Shown: positions 1 through 11,505 of the stretch, in pieces
Layout: every line of letters begins with the position of its first letter
How positions within the stretch are numbered: position 1 is the first letter of the stretch
Assembly: GCA_964016885.1 (NCBI GenBank)
Contig: OZ024740.1
Location: forward strand, 225,928,001-225,992,000
DNA from: Eledone cirrhosa
Taxonomy: Eukaryota
DNA: 64,000 nucleotides
Direction: 5' to 3'
Program-made: the position numbers and the translations under genes
The notes under the pieces: generated by a model
The model's database searches: none
The model's input: only the letters and a program-made list of their open reading frames with translations
What the model was told of the DNA's origin: nothing

Positions 1-469
1 GACAAATATCCAGTAGAATTCATTCGTTTATTTGAAGCTCTAACTTCACTCTGTTGCTATAGTGAGATTCCTGTTTCTCGTTTGTCATGGTGATAATTAT
101 GAATATATATGTGTGAGAATGTGTGTGAGTGTGTGTGTATATATTAAAGGTATCTAGCTAGACAAATTATTCAAATTGTCACATATTCACACATGTCACA
201 GTCGTAGCAACGGATGCCTAAACAATGTATAATTAGGATACTTTCATCTCTCTATATCACATGAAATATGTTTTTTTCTCTTCTGTTTTAACTCAAATTA
301 TGCAATTTTTTAAATTTTATTTTTGCGAAGAGCATATATTTATCTGTGCAACACATCCAATGAGGTAGATTTACATGATCACTGAAACTGCTAGAAATAA
401 CAGTAAATTGTTCATGAAATTACACATAGAGTGGGAGAATGGAAGTGAGAAAGGGATTAAGAGTAAGAA

Positions 470-626
470 TCAAACGCAGTATTAGACTGGTACATAATTA
501 TCGATCTCGAATGGATGAAATGCAAAATTGACTTCAGCGGAATTTGAACTCTGAGAGTAAAGAGCCAATACAAATACCGTAAAACATTCTATCCGATGTT
601 CTAACGACTCTGCAAATTTGTCGCCT
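470..626 (-). mobile_element. Degenerate tRNA-derived SINE (Meta-domain-like family)
   Basis: Reverse complement shows a B-box-like GAGTTCAAAT followed by a degenerate TTTCATCC...TCGATAA...GTACCAG body, as in better copies at 14481 and 49518. Confidence 0.7.
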
Positions 627-774
627 CAAACTCTACTACGTGAAAGGACACATTGTCCCTTTAAACACCAGCATGCCTGAAACTGCCAAATTTTAATTCA
701 AAATTTGAACTGAAAATCATTATTATATATCAGAAAATATCAGATTTCACTAAATTCATGTTTTGCTGTTATTT

Positions 775-900
775 TGGTAGTACTCGAAGAGCAACGGACA
801 TAGAGTTAAGGCCCTTTACGTTCTGAGTTCAAATCCTGCCAAGGTTAGCTTTCCTTTTCGTGCTTGCGGGGTTGATAAAATAAAGTACAGGTATCGCACT
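775..900 (+). mobile_element. Partial tRNA-derived SINE, same family
   Basis: TCTGAGTTCAAATCCTGCCAAGGTTAGCTTTCCTTTTC...GATAAAATAAAGTAC. Confidence 0.7.
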
Positions 901-941
901 GAAACCAGGGCAGCAAGAAGCTAACCATCGATCCCATACTA

Positions 942-1115
942 CTACAGAACCTTCCACATAAGGTCCCAAGGAACGCACTCATATACCTTTGTGAGGTCTA
1001 CAAAACAAGAATATACTTCTTGGGTATTCTCCCTCGATTTCTCAAAGACCTGCCACAGTGTGAATACGTGGTTGGCTTTGCTGCGTCCATGGCGAACACT
1101 ACACTGTTCATCAGC
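942..1115 (-). pseudogene. RTE-type non-LTR retrotransposon reverse transcriptase fragment
   Basis: Translation DEQC..RHGRS..NHVFTLWQVFEKSRE....YSCFVDLTKVYECVPWDLMWKVL matches LINE RT motifs QxGFRxGRS and FVDLxKAYDxV. Confidence 0.85.
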
Positions 1116-1411
1116 TATCTTTAAATGGTAGCATATGCTTGTTAAATGTATGTTCACAAAAGGTTTAAAGTATTTAGTCCTGAATTTGTTTTACTATTTA
1201 GTCAGGTAGGGAGGGAGGGACAATGTCGAAGTCCTTTTAGGGCCTCTGATTCTATTGCAAGGAATGGAGAAAGGAAGGTATCTCCAAACCAGTGACCTAG
1301 CTTCTTTACAACAGAGCGCCCTCTTCTAAAGGCACCCAAGAGCAATGTGATGATGTTAAACTGGGTGAGACAATCGCACGTCATCTACCAAAGGTAGATA
1401 ATTCTAAAATC

Positions 1412-1473
<62 letters not shown>

Positions 1474-3176
1474 TGCATTTGATCATAGGTCTACTTGATC
1501 AAGATTGATCTGGGGCTAAACAAGAACATATCTTGAATTTTATGGGAAAATATGTAAATATATAAAGTAAGAAAGTAAAAAATAAAAACATTGAAATAGA
1601 AACATCAAAATCAAAATTATTTCTGTAAGTACACAAATCAAAGTGAAACATATTTCCATGTATATTCCACTGAAGAATTGGTTGCATGCTTCTTTTCGTA
1701 CAGTTAGTGATGGCTTTTGGAGTTAACATTTCATGTGTCATCTGCCATCAGCTGGAGACTACTTGGAAAGTTACTTAGATATAGAAAATCTTGTTCAGAT
1801 TAATAAAGCTAATGAATAGAACTGTCTAATAAAATGCAATTATTTCATGGCAACAAGAACAACAACAATGTTGATGATGATAATATTATTAATAATAATA
1901 ATAATACAATAATAATAAGTAATAAGCTAGTGATTATTTGAAGCCTGTTCTGTAGGCTGTCAACTGCAAATGTAACGTGTGGTATTGCTCATGTCTTGCA
2001 TCTTGTTATAAACTAGCATTACATAAATGTTAATTTGTGGGAATATATTATGGGATAGACTGAGAGTTAGGAATCTTAAATGAGGGGAGATTTATCTCTT
2101 ATTGCACTTCCACACCACCAAACTACTTTCATTCAGGACCAGTGCTAATACTGGGCTACCTAAACAGTCACCTACGATGGGACAGACCTCAGAATGATCT
2201 ATTACTGAATCATAATTTTCTATAATTAATTTAAATATACAATAAATTCCTGTGATCAATAAACAAATCCCTAAACATCTTTAGGGATTTATATCCATAG
2301 CAGTGGAGATGGCTCTATGGTGTCATGATTAGTCACATATGGCATTACCTGAGCCTGGACTGTGTAGTAGAAAATGTAGGCTTGGTAAGTTTCTTGATGT
2401 GATCAAAAAAAATCTCAAAAACTAGGTTTGTCAGCTTGCCAAACTATACATTGAAATTATTTTATTTGGGAGGATGGTGTGCATAAATAGAAGAGGATGC
2501 AAGGCTTCACATTTTAGGGCCAGCCTGGTATATTTATACCCAGGCACTGGTTTTACCTCTACCACCACTACCATCACCCCCACCATGAACATCAATAACT
2601 ACAGTCATTACTCAAAACTACATTCAATTATCTCAACACCACAAACAATAACTTTGGTTAACTTTGTACTAGACCAATAGAAAAAGATCAAAATAGTGAA
2701 TTACTGGAGGTGTAAGAGTCAATGACAAAATTCTTTGCAGTATTCGTTCCAGCTCTTTGTAGTCTGAGATACAACTATTATTGACATCAATTATACCTTC
2801 CATCTTTGGATGGTGGTTTGGAGAAAATACTTGGACATTGGAAATGAATTGCAGTAATGATTCCTGCTCTATGTATTCCTAGTCCAAATGTTACTGTGGC
2901 CTATTTGAGTAGTACTCTTAATCTGTCATGTGACAGATTGAGCTAGATAATGGTTTAACACCACTATTTTGCTTTTTGATTCCTTTAGCAGACCCTACAC
3001 TATTGCAAGTATTTAGACTAGGTCTCCTTTTTAAAGATAACTTCTTCCCTCCTCAATATTCTGAAGGTGTGTGAAAAGGGTTACGAGCACTTCCCTTCCC
3101 ACCCTCACAAAACAGCAAAAGAGAGGTAAAGATTGTTCTGCATTGAAGCACTTCTACAAGGAAATATATATATATA

Positions 3177-3549
3177 TACTCTCAGGTCCCAAATAATAAG
3201 GGGGATGTTGGAATAAGCAGGAAGGATGGTGACAATCGGTAATTTTTCTAGGTTGTCTCGATTAACGATTTTTTAGAAACCAGAATTAGTCATTTAGTTT
3301 ACATATTAAGACCTCAGCCCTTCCTATTTATTTTATAACGTATCGGATTGCTAGTAATGTAATTTCTTGTCATGTATAATGTTTTTTAATGTCTAAAGAA
3401 AATTGTCGCAAAAATGATACTACTTGAAATAAAAAATAGAATAGCAACATTTAATAAGCGGATTGGGGGGGGGGTTAGAGTAGGGGGGGTGAAAACATCT
3501 GAAAAATTAATAAGCAAGGGTGAGGACAATTATTCAAAATCCGATAGTA
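3177..3549. mobile_element. MITE-like DNA transposon relic with TA-flanked degenerate TIRs
   Basis: Ends TACTCTCAGGTCCCAAATAA / TTATTCAAAATCCGATAGTA; internal AATAAGC-G-rich subrepeats; related inverted copy at ~54073-54436. Confidence 0.5.
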
Positions 3550-3697
3550 TATATAAAGCAGGGAAAAGCGGACGCAAATTGATTATGATGATGATGATGA
3601 TATATATATATATATATATATCACATAAGAGATACCATCAAAATATAATCAATAAAATGATGTAAAATTCAAATAAACTTTCTCATTATCATATATA

Positions 3698-3747
<50 letters not shown>

Positions 3748-4623
3748 ACGTGTACACATATACAATATTTATATTCTGATTATATTTATATAATTGTACA
3801 TTCCTTTTTTCTTATATTGTGGTGATTGGTGAGGACATTAACTGAAATGTAACATAAACAAAAATAGGACAAATCTGAGGTGAATAATTCAATCAATCTC
3901 TATTACTTAGGCATTTTATCATTGTTGCACTCCCCCATCATTCCCTCCATTTTAGTATATGATGAAACATATGTTTCATTGTAGCTGAATACATTTACTA
4001 TCCACTACATCTTCTTACAGAATTGGCCTCTGTTTTCTTACTAGACACTTTATAGTTGACAATGGAACACAAAGCTTGTAAACAAACACAAAAATCTTAT
4101 GGCACAGACAAAATTTATACCCATGACCTGCAGAAGAACGGGTCTTGATTCTAACGAATAACCACTCACAACTTGTTCCCATTAATATCTCTTCCAATAT
4201 CTTTTAAAGAAATACAATGGCTGTTCATAAATATATAGAAAGCATTATTAAGGAAAGAAGAAAAAATAGCCAGCTACATAATACCTAGCAGCTGTTGTTT
4301 GATATTTCTATTGCTTACAGTTATCAAGGAAGGCAAAACTATTGCCATACTTTCATTTTCATCATTTACAAACTTGGAAGATTTTCTTTATGTTAGATAT
4401 TACCATAGATATTGCTTCATACTTTGATTGAATTAAGCATGAAATGTTTTGCTATTACCCTCTAGAGAAACATGGAGACACCTATCAAAAGAGAAAAAGA
4501 AAAGATAGACGCTATCAAAATTATTCAATTTATGGTAATTCAAAGATTTGATTATTTTTTACAAAGGAATATGTTAATATAAAAACAGCAATCAAAGAAT
4601 ATTATATTAGTATACTGAACAAT

Positions 4624-4645
4624 GAATATATATATATACACATAT

Positions 4646-4720
<75 letters not shown>

Positions 4721-5295
4721 TATATATATACACATATATATATATACTTATATATATATATTATATATATAATATATATGTATAATATATATATTACATA
4801 TATATATGTGTATATATATGTATATTTATATATATGTATATATATATGTATGTATATGTGTATATATGTAAATGTGTATATGTGTGTATATATGTATGTA
4901 TATATATATAATATATATATATATATATACTTACATACATGTATATGTGTATATATATATATGTATATATATGTGAATGTATATATATATGTGTATATAT
5001 GTATGTGTGTATATATGTATATATGTATATATGTGTATATCTGTATATATGTGTATATATGTATATATGTGTGTATATGTAGATATATATGTTTATGTAT
5101 ATATATATGGTTGTATATATATATATGTATATATGTATGTATTATATATATGTATATATAGATATATTATATACATGTATATATATATATATGTGCATAT
5201 ATATATGTGTATATACATATATGTATATATATGTATATATGTGTATATACATGTATATGTGTATATTTATTTATATATATATATATACATATATA

Positions 5296-5325
<30 letters not shown>
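4624..5325. repeat. Long compound (TA)n/(TG)n/(CA)n microsatellite
   Basis: Direct inspection; the Y/I-rich ORFs here are artefacts. Confidence 0.95.
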
Positions 5326-5329
<4 letters not shown>

Positions 5330-5378
5330 ATGCTAGCGTGGAAAATGGACGTTAAACGAAGATGATGACGATGATGAT
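5326..5378 (+). mobile_element. RTE-LINE/SINE 3' tail fragment ending in (GAT)n
   Basis: CCCATGCTAGCGTGGAAAATGGACGTTAAACG+(GAT)n; the same tail occurs at 15481-15560 (-), 18200-18255, 34560-34623 and 39345-39410 (-). Confidence 0.75.
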
Positions 5379-5394
5379 ATATGTGTATATATAT

Positions 5395-6051
5395 ATATAA
5401 ATCAATATATAAGTGCAGTACACATGTGTTCAATTATATGTGTTCAATTATAGGGGATCAAAAACCACCAGAGTGACGACCATATTACGTATGAAAAGAA
5501 TGGTGAATACAAATCAATAAAAAGAATTTATTAAAGTATACTAACCATTAGATTATAACAATAACACCCAGACATGTTCAAATAAGATTATGTTTCGCTA
5601 TAAAACGTGGACAATCCATATTGTAGGTGTAGCTCATCAGGGGGTGTCTAGCAATACGATTAACACTTTTAAACAAATATATCAGATAACTAAGAAAACA
5701 CACACGGTATAGGGGAAAGATGTGTGCGTTTTATTGCCCATGATGGTGTGAAAAAACCTAAAGACCGCTAAAAATAGCAGCTCAGAACCATTCAACTTTA
5801 GAAGCTCTACTTACATATAGAAATGAAACAGGAATGGTTAGTATACTTTAATATATTCTTTTCATTGATTTATATACATCATTGCTTCTGTACGTAATAT
5901 GTTCGTCATTCTGGTGGTTTTTAATCCCCTATGATTGAACACATAGCTCTATGTGTACTTCTCTCTATATGTTGATTTATAAAGAACCCGGAATATATAT
6001 TCCTTGAGCTCCCTAAATTAAAAGGGATTAATGTGAGTTTTGTAGTCCGCC
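5395..6051. mobile_element. Fold-back HHR-containing non-autonomous PLE-like element (family B)
   Basis: 5395-5549 is the diverged reverse complement of 5833-5981; the right arm continues into a ~70-nt tail ending at (TA)n; HHR on the minus strand. Confidence 0.75.
5564..5647 (-). ncRNA. Type I hammerhead ribozyme
   Basis: Minus strand: ACACCC-C CTGATGA GCTA...TAGC GAAA CAT...ATG TC T-GGGTGT. Intact core with stems I-III; one mismatch at the base of stem I. Confidence 0.75.
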
Positions 6052-6059
6052 TATATATA

Positions 6060-7770
6060 TATATTTTTTTTAAAGTTGAGACAGTAAACAGAAAACAAAA
6101 AAAAAAAACGAGGAAGCGAAGAAGCAGTACAAATGTTAATATTAGTTTCACGCTTGAGAGTGGGGGTGGGGGATGATGTTTCTGGCCTAAACTCTTCATC
6201 TGGAGAAAAGTGGGCAGGAAGAGAGTTTCTAGGGTGTGTGTGGGAGTGGTGGAAAGACATTTAAAAAAGGGGGAGAAAAGGGGGAAAACAATTTTTTAGA
6301 GAGTAAAAAAAATTAAAATTACAAAGAAAGGGTGTGAGGCGTTTAGGGGTGGTGGTGAGTGGAGGGGGTGTAGATGGGGGGGTCCCGACAGGGAGGGCTG
6401 AAGGTGCTGTGTGTGTATGTGTGTGTGTGTGTGTGGATGTGAATGTGAGAGTTGGGGGAAGAACGAGGTTCCATGTTCGGGTAATAGGGAAACAAGTGTG
6501 TACATCGGGTGGGGTGTAGTCGGTGAGACTGTGTGAGTGTGGATGTAGAGGGGTCAGATGGGGTGGGAGAAAGGGGGCGTCTGGAGTCCGGAGGTTGAGT
6601 GTGTGTATGTGGGGATACGCACGTGTGTGTGTGTGTGTGTTTATATGTGGTGTGGATGTATGGTGGCGTGGTGCGAAAATAGTGTAAGTGTTTGTGTGTG
6701 TGTGTGTGTGTGTTCCTGGGTTTTTTTCCCGGATATATGACCGGATGTTGGAGATTCTGAGTGTTACAGGGTGGTTACCTGAAGCGGTGGACCGGTGGTG
6801 TAAAATTCTGGTATGGTAGTGGCGTTAGTAGGGGATGTGTGGGCGGGGGAGAGGGGGAAGGTCGAATGGTAAAGGAAGAGGAGTGGGGAGTTCAGGCCGG
6901 AGGGGTGTGTGGGTCTGTAGGGTGAAGGGAACTGGGGGGAAGTTGGGGGTAAGGAGCTGCGGACGAGGAGGGAGCGGAGATTACGCGCGCGTTTGAAGGA
7001 GGGGAGGGCTTTGGATGAGAAGGAGGGGGTGGTGGATGGGTCGGACTGGAGGCTTCGGAAGAGGCGTATGATGGTGAGGAGGAAGGGGAGGGTGTGCGGG
7101 GGGGGGGGGGGGGGGGGGGGGGCAGCACGGGCGCGAGCGATAGCGGCGTGGACGAGGGAGGGAGGGGGGTAATCTCTCCAGATGAAATGGCTGACTAGAG
7201 AAAGAGCCCAGGGACTCGTAGTCAGCATCTCGGCTGCAGAGGTGGCGGATGCGGAGGTGCTGGGAGTAGGGAATGGAGTGTTTGGTGTGTATAGGGTGGG
7301 AGGAGGTGAAGTCGATGTAGGAGTGGGAGGAGGTGGGCTTTGACAAGGCGGAGGTGACGAGGGGCGATGGGAGGGGTCGATGGCGAAGGCGGGGATGTGG
7401 GAGGGGCGATGGTCGAGGTAGTGCCAGACGGCACTTAGGCCTTCGGCATGGTGGATGACTGTGTAGAGGAACTTAATATCTAGGGTGAAAGGGAGGGGGT
7501 GTGGGCAGGGTGGCAAAGTGAGGGAGTCGAACAGGCGAAGGGTGTTTTTGGTGTCGGAGTTGTGGGAGGAGAGGGCGGTGACAAGGATGGAGTCAAGAAA
7601 GGCGGCGATAAGTTCTGTGGGGCAGTTTCAGGTGGCCTGGGTTGTTGGGTTTGTGGATCTTGGGGAGGAAGTAGACGCTGGGGGTGCAGGCGGTGCGGAC
7701 GATGAGGTGGGAAGCGGTGGGAGGGAGGAGGAGACGAGGTGTTGGATGGTGGAGGAAACTTGTTGTTGGT
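6060..7770 (-). mobile_element. Internally deleted Neptune-type Penelope-like element
   Basis: Across frames: VYFLPKIHKPNNPG, CPTELIAAFLDSIL, FTLDIKFLYTVI (RT motifs 1-3), thumb SHSYIDFTSSHPIHTKHSIPYSQHLRIRHLCS, and SFKRARNLRSLLVRS. No YxDD seen. Degenerate HHR-like CAGATGAAG...GAAACATC near 6170-6205. Confidence 0.8.
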
Positions 7771-7807
7771 AGATATATATATATATATGTATGTATATAT
7801 GTATATA

Positions 7808-7842
<35 letters not shown>

Positions 7843-7848
7843 GTGTAT

Positions 7849-8050
7849 ATAAAATAAAATAAAATAAATAAGTCAAATGTTTAAAATTTTAAACATAGCA
7901 GTAATAAACGAAGCCAAATTTTAAACATTGGACTTGTTTATTTTATTTTATTTTACATTATTCCGGAGTAACCAAACCAACCTGCGCACTTCGTCGAGTG
8001 CTCCAATCTGCATACTCAGGTGTTGGTATGCAACCAACATATACTCAAAC
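7849..8050 (+). mobile_element. Short 5'-truncated copy of HHR element family A with a small inverted arm
   Basis: 7895-8050 matches 19469-19625 and 45852-46003; 7849-7890 is an inverted copy of part of it. Confidence 0.85.
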
Positions 8051-8053
8051 ATA

Positions 8054-8094
<41 letters not shown>

Positions 8095-8172
8095 CTGGAG
8101 TTGTATATTGTGTGGTAGACAAAATTATTATTTACAGGAATATCTTGTATCTAATTCAATATAAAATCCTTG

Positions 8173-8252
<80 letters not shown>

Positions 8253-8279
8253 GTATATATATATATATGTATATATATG

Positions 8280-8310
<31 letters not shown>

Positions 8311-9223
8311 GCAGTCTTTGTTACACACTCTGTATTTATACCAATATAAATGTTTCATACACTTCAGCTGACAGCACAGGTCTTACTACATAATTAATTA
8401 ATTACCAACACAAGCACTAATTATATGCTAATTAGTACATCCATTTCATATAATCATCAGAGTGAATTGGTATATATACTCATCAAATACATGTTTTCTT
8501 GTGGTTGATTGGATGCTTTACACACCTTCTGATGAGAGTCCAATTAGATCTGAAAATCAATTAAATATGTTTATCATTTTCTTCAATTTATAGGGTAATT
8601 CATATATTCTGGTAAGTTTACCTGCCTACATAGCCCAATATCGCCCAATTGTATCTCAACCTAACGGGAGATTATTAAATATAAAGATTTACATATACAT
8701 AAAGTCATAAATATATATGTTTGCAACCGGTAACGTTGTGGCTCAATGAAAAATTAATAAATTAAATAATCAGAGCTATATATCATAAATCATGTCCTTA
8801 GAATTATTAGATAAAATATATACCATTTCGTCTCCCAATTCGCATAATTAACCATATAAAAAATCAGTTAGACCAAGCTATAAGAATAAAGGCTCCTATG
8901 AAGAAATTTCCGACAAATAACCGAAAGCGACCTCTTCGCGGTAGCCCCGATAGAATATTTATCCAACATTTCAACAGCATGTAGAAACTGACTAAATATA
9001 CCGTCAACCATACACAATTAGGTGTAAATTCAAACTTAGAAGAATTGTGTACATACCGTAATTATATCTCTACTATTGCTATTCTAGCAACAAGCCTACC
9101 CGCCGTAAGCAACTAATCACATTCTTTCTAACTTGACCACTGCCACGTCACGATGCTTAGCCATTTTTTAATCTATTTTTGGCGCGATCACTTTGGAAAA
9201 TTAAGTGTCTAATTTTGAGTTTA

Positions 9224-9298
9224 CTCCTGATGAGTCCGATACTCTGGATACATCCTATTAATTGGACGTCTTAAAATACGGACGAAACCATGGTAGAG
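9224..9298 (+). ncRNA. Minimal type I hammerhead ribozyme
   Basis: CTC CTGATGA GTCCG-(40 nt)-CGGAC GAAA CCATGG TA GAG; palindromic stem III; predicted cleavage after 9295. Confidence 0.85.
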
Positions 9299-9864
9299 AT
9301 ATAATTACGGTATGTACACATTTCACCTAATTGTGTATGGTTGACGGTATATTTAGTCAGTTTCTATATGCTGTTGAAATGTTGGATAAATACTCTATCA
9401 GGGCTACCTGGAAGAGGTCGCTTTCGGTTATTTGTCGGAAATTTCTTCATAGGAGCCTTTATTCTTATAGCTTGGTCTAACTGATTTTTTATATGGTTAA
9501 TTATGCGAATTGGGAGAGGAAATGGTATATATTTTATCTAATAATTCTAAGGACATGATTTATGATATATTGCTCTGATTATTTAATTTATTAATTCTTC
9601 ATTGAGCCACAACGTGACCAGTTGCAAAACATATATATCTATGACTTTATGTATATGTAAATCTTTATATTTAATAATCTCCCGTCAGGTTGAGATACAA
9701 TTGGGCGATATTGGGCTGCGCTTTCTAACAACAAGCCTACCCGTCGTAAGCAACTAATCACATTCTTTCTAACTTGACCACTGCCACGTCATGATTCTTA
9801 GCCATTTTTGAATCTATTTTTGGCGCGATCACTTTGGAAAATTAAATGTCTAATTTTTAGTTTA

Positions 9865-9939
9865 CTCCTGATGAGTCCGATACTCTGGATATATCCTGTT
9901 AATTGGATGTCTAAAAATACGGACGAAACTATGGTAGAG
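9865..9939 (+). ncRNA. Minimal type I hammerhead ribozyme (second array copy)
   Basis: CTC CTGATGA GTCCG...CGGAC GAAA CTATGG TA GAG. Confidence 0.8.
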
Positions 9940-10289
9940 ATATATTTACGGTATGTACACATTTCTTCTAAGTTTGAATTTACACCTAATTGTGTATGGT
10001 TGAAGGTATATTTAGTCAGTTTCTACATGCTGTTGAAATATTGGATAAATACTCTATCGGGGCCACCGGGAAGAGGCCGCTTTCGGTTATTTGTCAGAAA
10101 TTTCTTCATAGGAGCTTTTATTCTTGTAGCTTGGCCTAACTGATTTTTTATATGGTTAATTATGCGAAATGGGAGAGGAAATGGTATATATTTTATCTAA
10201 TAATTCTAAGGACATGATTTATGATATATATATATATATGTGTGTGTATATGTGTATATATGTATATATATATATATTTATATAAATAT

Positions 10290-10830
10290 ATAGTAATAAT
10301 AATAAATTTGAAGATTAAAATCCAAAGAGGGCTCGATAAGGATAAATATATATCAGATATATAAGAACCGTAAAGCAAATATTTATTAAAATAACAGATT
10401 AAAGTTTAAGAAAGGAATCGCTGCTTTCACCCTTAACGGGATCTTCTTAAACTAAAAAAGTCAATCTGTGAACGCAGAAGTAAATATTTCTAAAAAACCT
10501 TGCAACCGAAGGAAGACAGGATCACGATACTTTGGTTCGGGTAAACGTTCCCTGGCAAAGAACAGAAAAAAACGAAGATAATACGTCATTATTTGGAGCA
10601 GTGAAAACAATTACACGTAAAGACAAAACCACGTTTATGGTATAAATGAAGTCGTAGACTAATATTCTATTAGGTGGTTCATGGAGACGTTCTCTGGCAA
10701 TGAGCGGAAAAAACGAAGATAATACGTCATTATGTGGAGCAAAGAGGACAATTACACGCGAAGACAAAACCACGTAATTGGTATAACTGAAGTCGTAGAC
10801 TAAAATTCTATTTAGGAAACCGAATGATTC
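10290..10830 (-). mobile_element. Repeat terminus shared with 15295-15422, plus two internal ~150-bp direct repeats
   Basis: 10290-10436 matches 15295-15422; AAAAAACGAAGATAATACGTCATT...GAAGTCGTAGACTAA occurs at ~10567-10662 and ~10708-10803. Confidence 0.6.
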
Positions 10831-11505
10831 TCGGCTTCATAGTTAAGAATGAAGTAAATAAAATACAGAGGTAATTGAAATTAAATATATACATACACGC
10901 ATCCATATACGTACATACACAATCATACGCGAAAACACTCGCCATGGGTAAGCAAATACAAGCACGTACACAAAAAACAACAAAAAAAAACACGCACGCA
11001 CATACAAGTCCCACGCAACACCTGTACCCGCACACATACGAACGTAACTCCAAATAAACATAAAAATATATATAAAAACAAATATACATATACATGTGTG
11101 TGTGTGTGCGTGTATACATAATTAAATAAACGTATATAAATATACACACATAAATACGTATATAACGCGTCTACACACACACACCTACATGTAAATACAC
11201 ATATGTTCGCGGACGTACGTCAACCAAAACACAAAGTACACATAAACACACACCCTACATACGTACGAACCCGCATACTCACACGGGCGCAAAAGTCACG
11301 TATACACATAACCAAATGCACATGTACCAGTATATATAATATATACGCCAAAAACATATACAAGCAAATATACGTACGAGAAAGTATACGTACCTTCATA
11401 AAACATACAGGTAATAATACTTACCTATAAGAATAAGTAATTGTATTAACATAACATATACTTAGCTGCCACATCAAGACGTAAATTATCCGCGTATAGT
11501 TCGTA

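Larger units (their letters stand above)
8631..10228 (+). repeat. ~2.5-copy tandem array of a ~640-660-nt HHR-containing unit with 5' inversion (retrozyme or PLE pseudo-LTR-like)
   Basis: Direct copies start at ~9078 and ~9718 (HHR cores 641 nt apart); 8631-9073 is the reverse complement of ~9293-9717. Confidence 0.9.

Noticed and set aside
4622-5433. Long Tyr/Ile-rich ORFs (also at 7.6-8.4, 13.7, 18.8, 23.5-24.8 and 59.4-59.9 kb)
   Set aside because: Translations of (TA)n/(TG)n microsatellites, not genes.
8525-8570. CTGATGAG...GAAA possible hammerhead
   Set aside because: Stems I-III do not pair convincingly; at best a decayed remnant.
10530-10830. CRISPR-like repeat-spacer array
   Set aside because: Only two ~150-bp contiguous direct repeats in eukaryotic DNA; no unique spacers or cas genes.
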